A stretch of 64,000 nucleotides of DNA, taken from NCBI GenBank assembly GCA_951406725.2, contig OX597814.1:187550001-187614000 (forward strand), read 5' to 3'. Shown here one piece after another: positions 13,706 through 26,317 of this stretch (its first letter is position 1; the number at the start of each line of letters is the position of its first letter). A program made the translations under genes and the position numbers. The notes under the pieces were generated by a model that saw only the letters and a list, made by a program, of their open reading frames with translations, did no database searches and was not told the origin of the DNA. Source of the DNA: Octopus vulgaris (taxonomy: Eukaryota).

Positions 13706-13949
13706 CTGAAAAGATGTGAATAAAACTATTCTTCTTGGAATGTTCAAAGGTAGGTGTGAAGCCAGCAACCACACCCAGGAGAGAGAGAGAGAGAATGAAA
13801 TGAAAACTTGGTCATGCAAATTGCTGAGATTTTAACTCTGACGTTCCACCCCATCTGCTTCATTTGTCCTAAACGATCTTTCTTTTCAGCAGCATAAAGG
13901 ACTGAAATTAATTCTTGAGGTAATTCTAAAAATTACTCATTGACCAGAT

Positions 13950-13988
<39 letters not shown>

Positions 13989-14399
13989 AAGAAGCACATT
14001 AGTATTACAAAAAATAGATATAATTTTAGTATATCTTCACTATTATGCAGAAAAAGTCAATAACTGCCAAGTAAAAATAAAAGTTAATATCATATGAAGT
14101 AGTAGTAATTTGAAAGGCATATGTAAAAAGAACTAAGCCTGAACAGTCAATGTCGATCAGCTATGCAGACAGAAGCCATGCTACATATGGACACTTGCCA
14201 AAAACCCAGAGAAATATTTTAAAGGAAGAGTGTGGGGAATGTTGCTAGCAAGAACATGGAAAAATAAAGAAATAGTAACACCAAAAAGAGAGATTAGGAA
14301 ATGTAAATGTAAAACTAATGAAATAATCTAAAGAGGTAAAAATGGAAGACGGTATGGCAAATGGCAAATTTTAGAACTTTATCCTCTACCTCAATTAAA

Positions 14400-14468
<69 letters not shown>

Positions 14469-14666
14469 CTACATGAAAAGACTGGGTTTGCATTTTTAGT
14501 CTTAGTCTATTGTACTTTCAATGACAATGTTATTGCACAAGTAGCTAGTAAAACCATTACTGCTTTTAATAATTCTGATTACTGAGTAATGGTTAAATAG
14601 TTATTGAGAGTCACATGAACCCTCATTTTCTGTTCTTCATTCATGATTTTACGTATTCTTGTTTAA

Positions 14667-15074
14667 CCCTTTAGCTTTCAGATTACTCTGTTAAATGTAA
14701 TGCTTATTTATTCATATTGTTTTGAATTAATCAAGCATTATGTTGTAGCTTTGAGATTTCGATGGTGTGCATGTTTAGCTTTAGAATGACATTGTAGGAT
14801 AGGTGTAAGAGGCTGAATCTTGCCAGTGTGAACATAAAACAGTTGGAATATTTGAGCCAGATCATCATCATCATCATCATCATCATCGTTTAACGTCCGC
14901 TTTCCATGCTAGCATGGGTTGGACGATTTTGACTGAGGCCTGGCAAACTAGATGGCTGCACCAGGCTCCAATCTTGATTTAGCAGAGTTTCTGGATGCCC
15001 TTCCTAATGCCAACCACTCCAAGAGTGTAGTGGGTGCCTTTTACGTGCCACCGGCTGGTTTAAACATTAAAGGG
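14667..15074. mobile_element. piggyBac-type MITE family P1 carrying a nested SINE C
   Basis: TTAA|CCCTTTAG...TAAAGGG|TTAA ends; body matches 25253-25463 in reverse. Confidence 0.85.
14863..15052 (-). mobile_element. 5'-truncated SINE family C ((ATG)n tail) inserted in MITE P1
   Basis: (cat)n-cgtttaacgtccgctttccatgctagcatgggttggacg...ggatgcccttcct is shared with the copies at 26318, 33367, 52045 and 56268. Confidence 0.85.
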
Positions 15075-16067
15075 TTAAGAACCGAAAATTTATATACATA
15101 TAAATTTTCTTTGTGATTTTTCTCTTCAGAGAATGAATGCTTTATAGCAGATCTATGATATTTTGGCTCAGGTTACAATTTCAGTACATAAAACTTAAGT
15201 CCGTTTCATGAATTTGAATTTTATCAGTTAGCTCCTTCTTGTTACTTGTCTAAAACTAGCAAAGCTTTTGATCATGTCTAGATTAAAAAATCACATCACA
15301 GAGCTTTATTGGCCAATAATAGCCATGATTAGGAGCTTGCTAGATGGTCACTCTCTAGCAGTTGGCAATTACAGAGCTCTCATTAATTTCCCAGTCCTCT
15401 TTGCTCCTAATCATCTAATCATCTTTCCTATGAACTTTCTGTCTTACACTGATGACCAACATACAACAATACAATTCCTCTCTCATCTTACTTACAGATA
15501 TCTTGGCTATACACAAGATCAACATCTCATGTTACATTTGCACATGCAGCCTGAAACACAAAGCATCTTACATAAAATAAATCTCTTCTTTTACTTTTAG
15601 ATTTAACTGTTTAAGTTGATAATTTTAGCAAATCTCTACTTCTTTTTAAAGAAAAGCATCAATTCAAAACCATCAGACAGGTCAACTGATATATATTAAT
15701 AATGCAGTTGAAATCTTCAGGTCAGCTGCACAAATATTCTCCTGTTCTGTCAAAAATACAGAAAGTAACAAACGTCTCAACATAAATCAACGTTTCTCTT
15801 GGTAATTTTCAAATAAAACAATATTTCGTTAAATTCTGTTAACATACACAATGATAAATCTGTCACCACCACCCTACAGAAATAGCTACAATCATATTTA
15901 GGAGGTTTACTACCATATCCATATAACTACTGATGATAAATTCAAAATATGCTTCCGAGTTTGTGCAGAGATACGTAAATCTACATATACATTCAAGTGT
16001 ATGTATAACAGATCCATCATGGTAAATATAAGCATGATCTAATGCGATATATTTACACATGCACAAA

Positions 16068-16068
<1 letters not shown>

Positions 16069-16142
<74 letters not shown>

Positions 16143-16210
16143 ATATATATATGCATATATATATATATACATACATACACACATACATATATATATATAT
16201 ACACATACAC

Positions 16211-16253
<43 letters not shown>

Positions 16254-16316
16254 TACACATACATACATACATACACATACACACACATACACACATACAT
16301 AGACATATATACATAC

Positions 16317-16348
<32 letters not shown>

Positions 16349-16362
16349 GTGTATATATATAT

Positions 16363-16433
<71 letters not shown>

Positions 16434-16452
16434 CACACACACACACACACAT
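16069..16452. repeat. Compound (TA)n/(CA)n/(TACA)n microsatellite
   Basis: Direct inspection; source of the IYIY/HTHT pseudo-ORFs. Confidence 0.95.
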
Positions 16453-17180
16453 CTCTCTTATATATCTATGAAAAATAACTCACTCACACACACACCACTG
16501 AACCATGTATAAAACTGCAATGATATTAGCTGTTTATGAGTACCATGGAGAGAAAAATATAAAAGAAACAATAGTAAAGTATGCATACATTAGTACATAT
16601 ATATCATCTTCCTGCCATTTAGCTACAGGTATAATAATATGAATTTTATTTGGAAACAATATATTTTTCAATTTTCCTATAAATTTGCTTTGAAATAAAC
16701 TAGAAATAAAAAAAAGTTTTGAGATGGGGTGGGGGTATTTTTTTCTCCCTTATTCTCCCATAACTCACTTCATTCTGGTATTTGGTTCCAATTTTCAATA
16801 ACATCCAATTCTTTATGCTGAAATATCTGCACATTTCAGGTAACTTGCTCTCATTATTTTTCAGCTAGCTTTATGAATAATATTATGTACAAATACTTCA
16901 AAACTGTCATATGTTCTTTTTTTTTTTAAAAAAAATAAAACACCATTATTTTAAAATAAGAAAAATAAAAAAAATTTTTTTCTTTAAGACAGCAATCTCT
17001 CTTGTTTAAGGAAAAATTTAACATAGCTTATTTGACAATACTTTTTTATCTTGCAACATGCAAATGATCATACATGGCAAAACACACACACACATAAGGG
17101 AGTGGAAGGGAGGCAAAAGAGACCAGTGGTGGAGGATACTGGCTAATTTTGGGGCAAATAACACAGATATATGATGCCAT

Positions 17181-17412
17181 AAGACGGCGAGCTGGCAGAA
17201 ACGTTAGCACGTCGGGCGAAATGCGTAGCCATATTTCGTCTGCAGTTACGTTCTGAGTTCAAATTCTGCCGAGGACGACTTTGCCTTTCATCCTTTCGGA
17301 GTTGATAAATTAAGTACCAGTTACGCACTGGGTCGATGTAATCGACTTAAGCCGTTTGTCTGTCCTTGTTTGTCCCCTCTGTGTTTAGCCCCCTTGTGGG
17401 TAGTAAAGAAAT
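17181..17412 (+). mobile_element. Full-length SINE family B
   Basis: 16-bp TSD agatatatgatgccat (17165-17180 and 17413-17428); A/B-box-like head; same core as 11278. Confidence 0.9.
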
Positions 17413-18002
17413 AGATATATGATGCCATTCTCTGAAAAGATTTTTAATGCCTTTCTGCATTTTCATTGACTTAGTGTATTACGAAAGAACTAATATTTTG
17501 AGTACTAAGCAGAACTGCATTGTATTTACAACGGCAAAGAACCACAAGCAGTAAGTGCTTTGATGACTTAGACATCTAACCAGGAAGAGATAAAAACTGT
17601 TGAAGAATTCTTTATCTTAAATGGTAAATAAATAAACTTTAAATTAATAACCTACAAAAATGAACTTCTGGTTTATCACCATGAAATATTTTCTTCGAAA
17701 GGCTTTCTTTCTAATTTAAAGCACTATTCTCTAACTTTCAACATTTTTTAGAAGTTACTTCTATTATAAATAACTAGATAACCACTATTATCTATAACAA
17801 ACACATGCAGAGTAAGTGATTCATTAAAATTTGTGGAACACGAAAAAAAACTTCATCTTCAAGTAAGCAGATCCATTTGAGTGGTTTCTTCCTGTCTCCT
17901 ATATATGTATATCACCATCATCATTTTAACATCTACTTTTCTGTGTGTCTCTGTGTGTGCATGTGCATATATATACATACATATATGTATATATACATTT
18001 AC

Positions 18003-18033
<31 letters not shown>

Positions 18034-18210
18034 CACATTTACATATATATACATATATATACATTTACATATATATATATATATATACACACATTTACAT
18101 ATATATATATATATTTGATAAGCATAACAAATGCGCAACCGGTAAAAAGAACTTTCACCTAATTAAATTACTTAAATTACTTCAATTATTTGTCAGCATT
18201 TTCTTCATTT

Positions 18211-18257
<47 letters not shown>

Positions 18258-18272
18258 TATACATTTACATAC

Positions 18273-18305
<33 letters not shown>

Positions 18306-18331
18306 TATACATACATTTACATATATATATA

Positions 18332-18540
18332 TAGGGAAATCAAAAATAAAACAAAAATAACAAAAACAACAAAAGGACATACATAATGAATGTATCAGAT
18401 TGATGCTCAGAGAAAGTTTAAGATTGAAAAAGAAAGAGGAGTGGAGTGATGTCTTGAGCGTGTCTCTTTATCAGAGATAGGAAAGACAAAAAAGTCCGAA
18501 GAGAAGGAAAAGAACAGTTCAAGAAAAGCATGTGTCATTT
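18332..18540 (-). mobile_element. Penelope-like repeat end with decayed hammerhead-like motif
   Basis: Similar to 43395-43560 and ~55680-55740; minus strand reads CTGATAA-AGAGA-CAC-GCTC-AAGAC-ATC. Confidence 0.45.
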
Positions 18541-18564
18541 ACATAGCTGAAAAATAACTCACTC

Positions 18565-18607
<43 letters not shown>

Positions 18608-18994
18608 TGAAAGAGAGAGAGGAAATATCTCAATTCTACTCGCATGTTTGTTGCTTTTTTTGTACATGTTCTGCTTATCCAAGTGAATGATCAATCATTT
18701 GTAATTATAGGAAGTTTGAAAGTTAATTGTCTTTGACACCGATAAAGCATAATTGGGATATGAACAGTCAACCATGCAATCAGTAGGCCAGCAACATTGT
18801 TTCAGGAAAAGTGTGATGTGTTTTGTGTGTGTTTATGAGTAGGTGAATGTGCATGTATATAAACATACATATATACACACATGTATACTTATGCATATAA
18901 ACAAACACATGTTTATACACACACACATATAGATACACACACATACATACACCTACATGTGCGCACACATGCATGCATGCAAATACACCATGCA

Positions 18995-19142
18995 CCACCA
19001 TGTTGTAGGAAGTTTGCTTCTCAACCACATGGTTCTGGATTCAGTTCACTACATCACATCTTGGGCAAGATTCTTCTACTACAGTCCTAGGGATACCAAA
19101 ACTTTGTGAGTAGATTTGGTAGATAGAAACTGAAAGAAGCAT
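18995..19142 (+). mobile_element. Degenerate SINE A head
   Basis: aaccacatggttctggattcag...cttgggcaag...gaaactgaaagaagc. Confidence 0.75.
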
Positions 19143-19419
19143 TCATGAAAGAACATCATGTCTGTGTTTGTGTGTCATGTGCACATACATGAATAAATAA
19201 ATGAATGAATGAATTAACACATGCATATGTATGTGTTTTACTTTCTTGCTAATGGTTGTTCATAAATTTCTATGACCATCTTCCCACTCAAGAGTGGCTC
19301 CTTTGATGACAGTACTGGAGACTTAACAAGAACATAGTGGGCATGAAACCCAATACAGATGTATTATAATTCTCAAGCTCTATGACTACCACAATAATTT
19401 TAACATATGCTTAAACATG

Positions 19420-20930
19420 CTTGCATGGTTGGCCAAGTCTTCTTCAGAAATGTGTGTCACCACTCACCGCAGTTCCTAAACATCTCCATACTAAGGTTAG
19501 TCCTAACCACTTAAGGTTTCCTCTTCCACAGGTTCCATGCACTGGGGGAACCCAGCACTTCTTTTATACAGCTGACACATGTCTCTCATGCACACTACAA
19601 CTGATTTCTTTTATACCCAGCATTTCTCTCAGCTCATTGGTGGTCCATTATTCACACACCAATATTCAGTGAAGCATACTTGCTTCCTTTTTTCCAAGCC
19701 TCTGCATCTCCCAACCACACATTGATGTGCCTATGATGCACATGTACCATTTTGGGGCCCTTCAGATAGGGGATTGGGGAGAGAGATCAACTCAGTATAT
19801 TAATTATACACCCTGAAGGGATTAAAAGTAAGGTTGACCTATGTGCGATTCGAACTAAGAGTGCAGAGAACCAGAATAATAATTTTGGGAAAAAAAGGCA
19901 TTCTATCCAATGCTCTAACTACTCTCAGATTTATTGCCTTACAGCAGACATTAAAAAGTGAGAAGCCATTCTCACTCTGGTTACCATACTTTCAGCACAC
20001 TCACCCCCCTCTTAATTAGGTAACAAAATCTATTAACAATTTTTATGGGGCCTTCGGATCATTTGAAAGTATTTGTTACAAATGTACTCTCACTATTGAT
20101 TACTCTTGTGCATCACCCCACATACAAAGCCTACCTTTTCAGCCAACCCTTCTTGTGATCCCATTACACTTCTTGTGCATCCATACTTTACACTGAGTAC
20201 AGCATATGGAATTTCAGCCTACACCTTATCAAACACAGCTATTTCCCTGATGGCAGCAGAGTTTCTCTTCATCCCCACCAGTTTTTGCAAAGCTTACTTT
20301 AGGCCCTTCAATTCTAGGTTTTGTTTCCATGTCTGGAATTTCTTCTGTAGATCTTCCACAGACCCCAACTATAAGGATAAGGTCATCAGCATAAAGGAAT
20401 TCCAATGGGCAGCTTCTGTTATTATCTGAAGTACTGTGATAAACAGAAGTAGATTGAGAACTAAACTCTGGTGAACCATCTTTTTGTATGCTAATTCTCA
20501 CTTTGTTGACTGCACAACTGTACATTATGTTTGAAACATAAAATTCTTCTGTTTTGACATGGAAAACTATAATAAATAGGAGAAGGCTAATAAATGAGTT
20601 CTGATTGATTTCTACCTGTATGTATGCCAAACTCATTTCTAACTCTCTTCTTACACTTCTGTTCATGGTTTGCACAACTCTCACAAGCCAACCACCAATC
20701 CCTAATTTCCTTTGTGACCATCAGGCTATAGAATGTGGAACTTTTGTCAATTACCTTCTCCAGGTCGATGATTGCTAGGGTAAATTGGTTTACCCCTGAC
20801 TAAATACTTCTCCAAGTTATTTTGCAACAAAGATAGCTTCAACAGTACCACTTTCTAACAGCAATCTCAAACTTCATTTCATTAAGGCTAATTCTGTTCC
20901 TATTCAATTGCTATAACACTTTCCAGTTAC
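19420..20930 (-). mobile_element. Decayed RTE LINE (RT core to 3' region), interrupted by a decayed SINE B at ~19760-19930
   Basis: ORF 20229-20684 contains CPLEFLYADDLIL; IDLEKVID near 20745-20770; TCGRG C-terminal motif near 19515-19537. Confidence 0.75.
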
Positions 20931-22799
20931 CATCAATACGCATGCTCACACACACACACACACACAAATGTATGCATAAAAGTGAGTATGTGGAGAGAGG
21001 AGGAGGGACAGAAAGACAGAGAGGGGAAGAAACAGACAGAAAGAGAGAGGCAAGCTATATTTGTGTGTATGTGTAAACATGTTAAATCTGTAGAAATATC
21101 ATGAGATTTCCTTTAAAAAAATAAGGAAAATATTATGAAAAAGCTAGGAAGCAGAATTTTCTTCACAGCACAAAATTCAAATCAACAGTGGACACAATAC
21201 AAATGTATTTAGTGAAATAATTCAATGAAATTATCTCACAGTAAGTAATGTATTAATATATGCAAGAGGCTATAAGGAGTCGAGTTTAGAATATGGGATT
21301 TTATTTTAAATGTGTAACTAAGGCAACAAGGGAAGCACAGAAAATGCTATCTTGCAGCAACACTGGAAATTGTTTTTAAAAAGTATATTTATAAAATATT
21401 ATTCTTTAGAATTAAGTGAAAATTTAAGGCTTCTTTTTGTTTTGTTTTTTTAAATACATATGCAGAATTTAAGCAATTGACATTTTCATCACAATTAACT
21501 GTACATTTCATATTAAAATATTACCTAAGTTACTATAGAAGCATGTGATCTCAAAACTTTAGGCTTAAATTTTAAAAGATACCGTAAAGAATGGGTGGGG
21601 CAAATGGCCGGGGAAGGGGGCTATATTACTGAGAAAATTAATTTTAAAACTAATGTTTTTTTTAAAAAAAGAAACTACAAGCAGTCAAGAATTACAAATA
21701 ATCAGCAAAATGAGTGCAACAACATTATCAATGAAGCTTAATTAATTGCAAAAATATCACTGATGCTGTCTTGAACATATTTTTAAATATAATTGTCAAA
21801 TACATTTATTTACATTTTATTGATAAAAAGTTCAAATCAGTTGCTTTAGTGAATTACAACCACAAAATTATTTTATTTTATAGAGGTCATCAGTAACAAA
21901 TATAAATATAAAAGCTTTTCTTTCCTCATGCTATAAGAATGTTAGAATGCTGGTTTGTACAAAAATGCCCATTTTCTCAACCACACCCAATAAAATCTGA
22001 GTAAGTGATATAACATATGACTAAATATCAAGTTAGTGTTTGAGAGATAACAACAACCCCCAATTTAAAACGGATTCTCTCATAAGGTACCTGGAATATA
22101 CATTCTTCTCCCTCTGTATGTCCCAACCGAACAAGTCATGTTAATATTTGCATTTTGCTTATTCAGAGATCTTCCTATCTCTGAAAGGTCTCCACTGTGA
22201 ATCGTAAACATAGCTGTTCTTTTTTATAGTAGTTCAAAGAAAATATGCCGAACAAAAAAAGTAATTCTTTCATTAAATTTGTGAACAATAGATCATCATA
22301 TACAGTTAACTAGGGGAAAAAAAGATATATATATGCAGATTAAAATTAACCCACCACCACTACCACTACCTCCCAGAATATTACAGTTAAAATCTCTGCA
22401 CTAATTCACTTGGGAGTTACAAATAATAGTGTACAATGTCATAAAGGAGAGATAGGCTGAAAGTTGGGAACAAACTTTAATGAATGTCATACATAAAGTG
22501 TAGACTTAATGACTAAACAAGGTTCCCATTGCTATTATATTTGCTTTACAATGAATATAATAGCCACACACATTTATGTTTCTTTTGTCCATTAAGATGA
22601 CAGCTTACAAACTGATTTATACAGAAGGTAATTCAAAACCTACATAGATTTCATATGACTGGTCATATCTCCTGAAATTACTTTTCCCTTTAGAGGTTAC
22701 TTACTTTCAAAAATACTACATTTTATATTGGTCAAAGTCTCTTAAGTAGTAAATGCAGTTATCTCCAATAAAAGAATAGTTACTATGATTTCTTACAAA

Positions 22800-23405
22800 A
22801 GTGCAAGTATAGCTGTGGGATTAAGAAGCTCACTTTGAAACCACATGGTTTCAGGTTCAGTCCCATTGCACAAGTATATTCTACTATAGCCCCAGGCCAA
22901 TGAAAACCTTGTGATTGAATTTAGTACTTGCTATGTGAAAGCCTGTTGTGATATATATATATATATCCTACACAGTAATGGCGGTGAGCTGGCAGAATTG
23001 TTTGCACGCTAGACGAAATGCTTAGCGGTATTTTGCCCATCGCTACATTCTGAGTTCAAATTCCACCGAGGTCAACTTTGCCTTTCATCCTTTCGGGTTC
23101 GATGAATTAAGTACCAGTGAAACACTGGGGTCGATGTAATCGACTAGTCCCCTTCCCCCAAATTTCAGGCCTTGTGCCTTTAGTAGAAAGGATATATATA
23201 TATATATCACTGTGTAGGTGTCTTTGGTGTCTGTTTGTCCCACCACAACACCACCTGAAAACCAGTGTCCTTGTAACTTAGCAATTCAGCAAGATACTGA
23301 TAGAATAAGTACCAGACTTAAATAGAAAAAAAATTAGTACTGGGGATAATCTGTTTGACTAAAATCCTACAAGGAAAGCCACAGTCCAATGACAGCTAAA
23401 CAAGC
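22800..23405 (+). mobile_element. Degenerate SINE A host with a nested SINE B
   Basis: Family-A head at 22800-22950 and 3' part at 23209-23405, split at its internal (AT)n tract. Confidence 0.75.
22980..23190 (+). mobile_element. SINE family B nested in SINE A
   Basis: ggcggtgagctggcagaa head; identical 18-mers g(at)8c at 22950-22967 and 23191-23208. Confidence 0.9.
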
Positions 23406-24148
23406 CTGAATAACTTTTACTTTGGGTGAGAAAATATTTTTGCTTCTATATTGCATGTTACAAGTCCTAGTGGTGTAATACAGTATCAAAAATATAAAAA
23501 GAAAGGAAGGAAGACTGTAGACAGAAGAGTGACAAAAGTAGGAGAGAAATGAAGAGTGTGTGATCTGATAGACATGTACTATGAATTTGAAAACCCGAGA
23601 CTAGTAACAAAGTTGTTTTAAAATAATAAGAATTGAACATTGTTAACATGAGCATTAACAGCAGGAAGGTCCTCTGATAGGTGTCGAAAAGAGGATAGTG
23701 AATTATCTTAAGCTGGTGTTTGAAGAAAATCTTCAACATCACAATATAAATGCAAATAAAACAAGGTGAAATACACAGAACTAGAGTATTTCACATAAGT
23801 GAGAAACAAATTTGAAAGACAATTTTGGAGAAACTGTTTCTTAAATAATTAAGATAGGTTAGTAATTTAGTTATTGTTATGATTATTTATGTTAGCACGA
23901 GTAAAGAAATATTTAAATGTGTGTTTGGATAGGGATAAGTAGATAATCTCAATTGCAATTTATCACAACATAGTTTTATTGTCATAAAATTTAAAACATA
24001 ATAATATTTGAAAGCAGAATACAAGATACAGAATGAAACTAAGATTAAGTGCAAAAAATTCAGTGAATGAATTTTCCCAAAAGAGCTTGGATTAAAGTAT
24101 ATTTTATGAATGATAAATTTTTAGAGTATAAATTTATTAACTATTTAA

Positions 24149-24583
24149 CCGTTTAACATTTAACCTTTTCATTACCAACTCAGCTGAAAGTGGCTCTGGC
24201 TCTGTAGTACAAATGTCTTGTTTTCATAAGTTCTGAATTAAAATCTTCCACCAAACCTTAGTCACAATTTATGTTCCTAACACTGTGTGAATGATAACTA
24301 AGTTATTTTACTAAATTCTTTGTTATATTTAAAGTAATTGAAAGAAACACAGAGCATCTGAAAATAAATACAGTAACAAAAGGGTTAAACCAGCCATATC
24401 CAGTGCAAATATTTTGTTTTATGCTCAAACCAGCCAGATCTGATCTCTCACACCTATCCTACAATGTCATTCTAAAATGTGACAATCACGTTATTGAACT
24501 CTCAAAGCTATGAGATAATACCTTAATTCAATATGTGAATAAATACGCCCTACATTTGACAGAAAACTCTGAATATCAAAGGG
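24149..24583. mobile_element. MITE P1 (outer) containing MITE P2 at 24164-24384
   Basis: TTAA at 24145-48 and 24584-87; the inner element is bounded by TTAA at 24160-63 and 24385-88 and matches 30612-30832. Confidence 0.85.
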
Positions 24584-24850
24584 TTAAACACAACATACAT
24601 TTCAATATAATAGGAAAAAACTAAGATGTACAATGGACAATACTAAATAAAATCTGTATGCTAAGAAAAGGACCAAGGGGTTTCAATAAGTATTATAAAT
24701 CTATAGTTTGGACTTTGTAAGAAAATTAAATCATTCCAGTAAAATTTTTATGATATGTATTTTTTAAAAAAGATTTTGTCGTAAAAAGATTTATATATGT
24801 TTTGATTGACAAGTTAATTAAATAGAACAATTAGTGAAAAGCAACTTTAC

Positions 24851-24975
24851 CTGTTTAGCATTAATTCATTGTCTCCTGCTCTATGAAAGAAGAGATCTCC
24901 CCGAGTAAGATCTCTTTAGAACAGGATATTCAGGATAAGTCCCTACATTGATGGACTTGATGTAGAAACAGAAAC
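24851..24975 (-). other. Candidate 125-nt non-coding 5'UTR exon of ZMIZ1
   Basis: Very strong acceptor aattttttttattttcgtttttcag|G and donor CAG|gtaaag; unique sequence. Confidence 0.65.
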
Positions 24976-25139
24976 CTGAAAAACGAAAATAAAAAAAATT
25001 AATAATAATGAATTAAAACAGCTGTATTATAAATATTTTCACTAGAATAATTTATATGCTCTTTCATATGAACAAAGTACATTTAAAAGAAAAAAATCAA
25101 AGTTGACTTGAGTTTTTCAGAAGGATTACATTCCGTTTT

Positions 25140-25615
25140 ATTTTTTATCACTTGATTCAGTCATTGGATTGCAGACATGCTGAGGTACCACATTAAAAAG
25201 TTTTAGTCGAACAAATTGACCCCCAGTACTTGATTCTATTTTATCTTTTTAACCCTTTAGCATTTAAACCCTCAATATCAAGCTACCTGTTTTATGTTGA
25301 AATCAGCTAGATCTGGCCTCTCATACCTAAGCTACAATGTTATTCTAAAACTAACCAATCACATCATTGAAACCTTGAAGCTATGCAATAAAGCATCATT
25401 AATCCAAAACAAATGTGAATAAATAAGAATTACATTTGACAGAGTAATCTGAATGCTAAAGGGTTAACGACTGGGACTTATTCTATTGGCCTATGCTCAA
25501 CTCCTAAGGTATGCGGACATAAACAAACCAACACCAATTTTCAAGCAACGGTGGAGGACAAACACAAACATAAAGAGAGAGAGAGACACACACACATTTA
25601 CATGGGTTTTTCAAA
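25140..25615 (-). mobile_element. Degenerate SINE A 3' part interrupted by MITE P1
   Basis: tcagtcattgg...tagtcgaacaaattgaccccc [MITE] acttattctattgg...caagcaacggtggaggacaaacac. Confidence 0.65.
25253..25463. mobile_element. piggyBac-type MITE P1 (uninterrupted, 211 bp)
   Basis: TTAA|ccctttagcatt...aatgctaaaggg|TTAA terminal inverted repeats. Confidence 0.9.
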
Positions 25616-25617
25616 CA

Positions 25618-26070
25618 CAAGGTGATGCTCTGTGTCCGGTGGAATTACGAGGGACTAATTCGCTGTGAGTTCATTCCAGACAGTTGAACCATCAATGCCA
25701 GCTGGATGTATGCCATTGTGCAGCAAAAACACCTAGCACTGGTAAACAGAAAGCAAGCTCTTAAGCAGCAAGACAGTGCAAGACCTCAAACTACTCGAAC
25801 AAGCTGGAATAGACTTCAGGATCTGAGGAAATCAAACTGATGCCACACCCAACAAATAGTCTGGACCAAGCTCCCTCAAATTATTTCCTGTTTCAATCCA
25901 TGGCTCACTTCCTGCACACATGACACTTCATCAACCGTGTGGAGGTGGGACCTTCAGTGAAGGAGTTCTTCACCTCAAAGGACAACAACTGGTATCAGTG
26001 CAGGATCAAAGAACTAGCAGAAAAGTGGCTTCAGATGGTGCAACAAGAAGGCCTCTACTTTGAATGCTAG
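25618..26070 (+). pseudogene. Mariner (Mos1-like) transposase C-terminal relic
   Basis: Frameshifted translation KVMLCVRWNYEGLI...QQDSARP...MPHPTNSLDQAPSNYFLFQSM...IKELAEKWLQMVQQEGLYFE matches the mariner HDNARPH / PHPPYSPDLAPSDY motifs; internal stop. Confidence 0.85.
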
Positions 26071-26317
26071 GCATCTTTTGTTGTAACTAGTTGAATAAAG
26101 TAAATAAGTTACCAAAATACTGCAAAACTTTTGACTAAGTGCAATGCTTTTAATTGAAGGGGTGGTAAAAACAAAACACAAAAAAATCTGACTTGTTTTC
26201 TAACCAAAAATTTTACAAAATAAAGGAAAATGAGATCAATCAGCTCTACAAATTCTTCATGCAATAAATTAGTTATTTTGCATGGTAGAATTTTTACAAA
26301 ACTAGAATTAAATATCC

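Noticed and set aside
14361-14585. ER-repeat ORFs (also 39129-39335, 41092-41319)
   Set aside because: (GA)n microsatellites.
15863-16478. Long overlapping ORFs rich in IYIY/HTHT/VCVC (also 17877-18386, 27526-27964, 48759-49141 and others)
   Set aside because: Translations of TA/CA microsatellites that lack stops; no coding signal.
22162-22185. 9-bp perfect hairpin ttcagagat-cttcct-atctctgaa
   Set aside because: Too short to exceed chance expectation; no supporting context.
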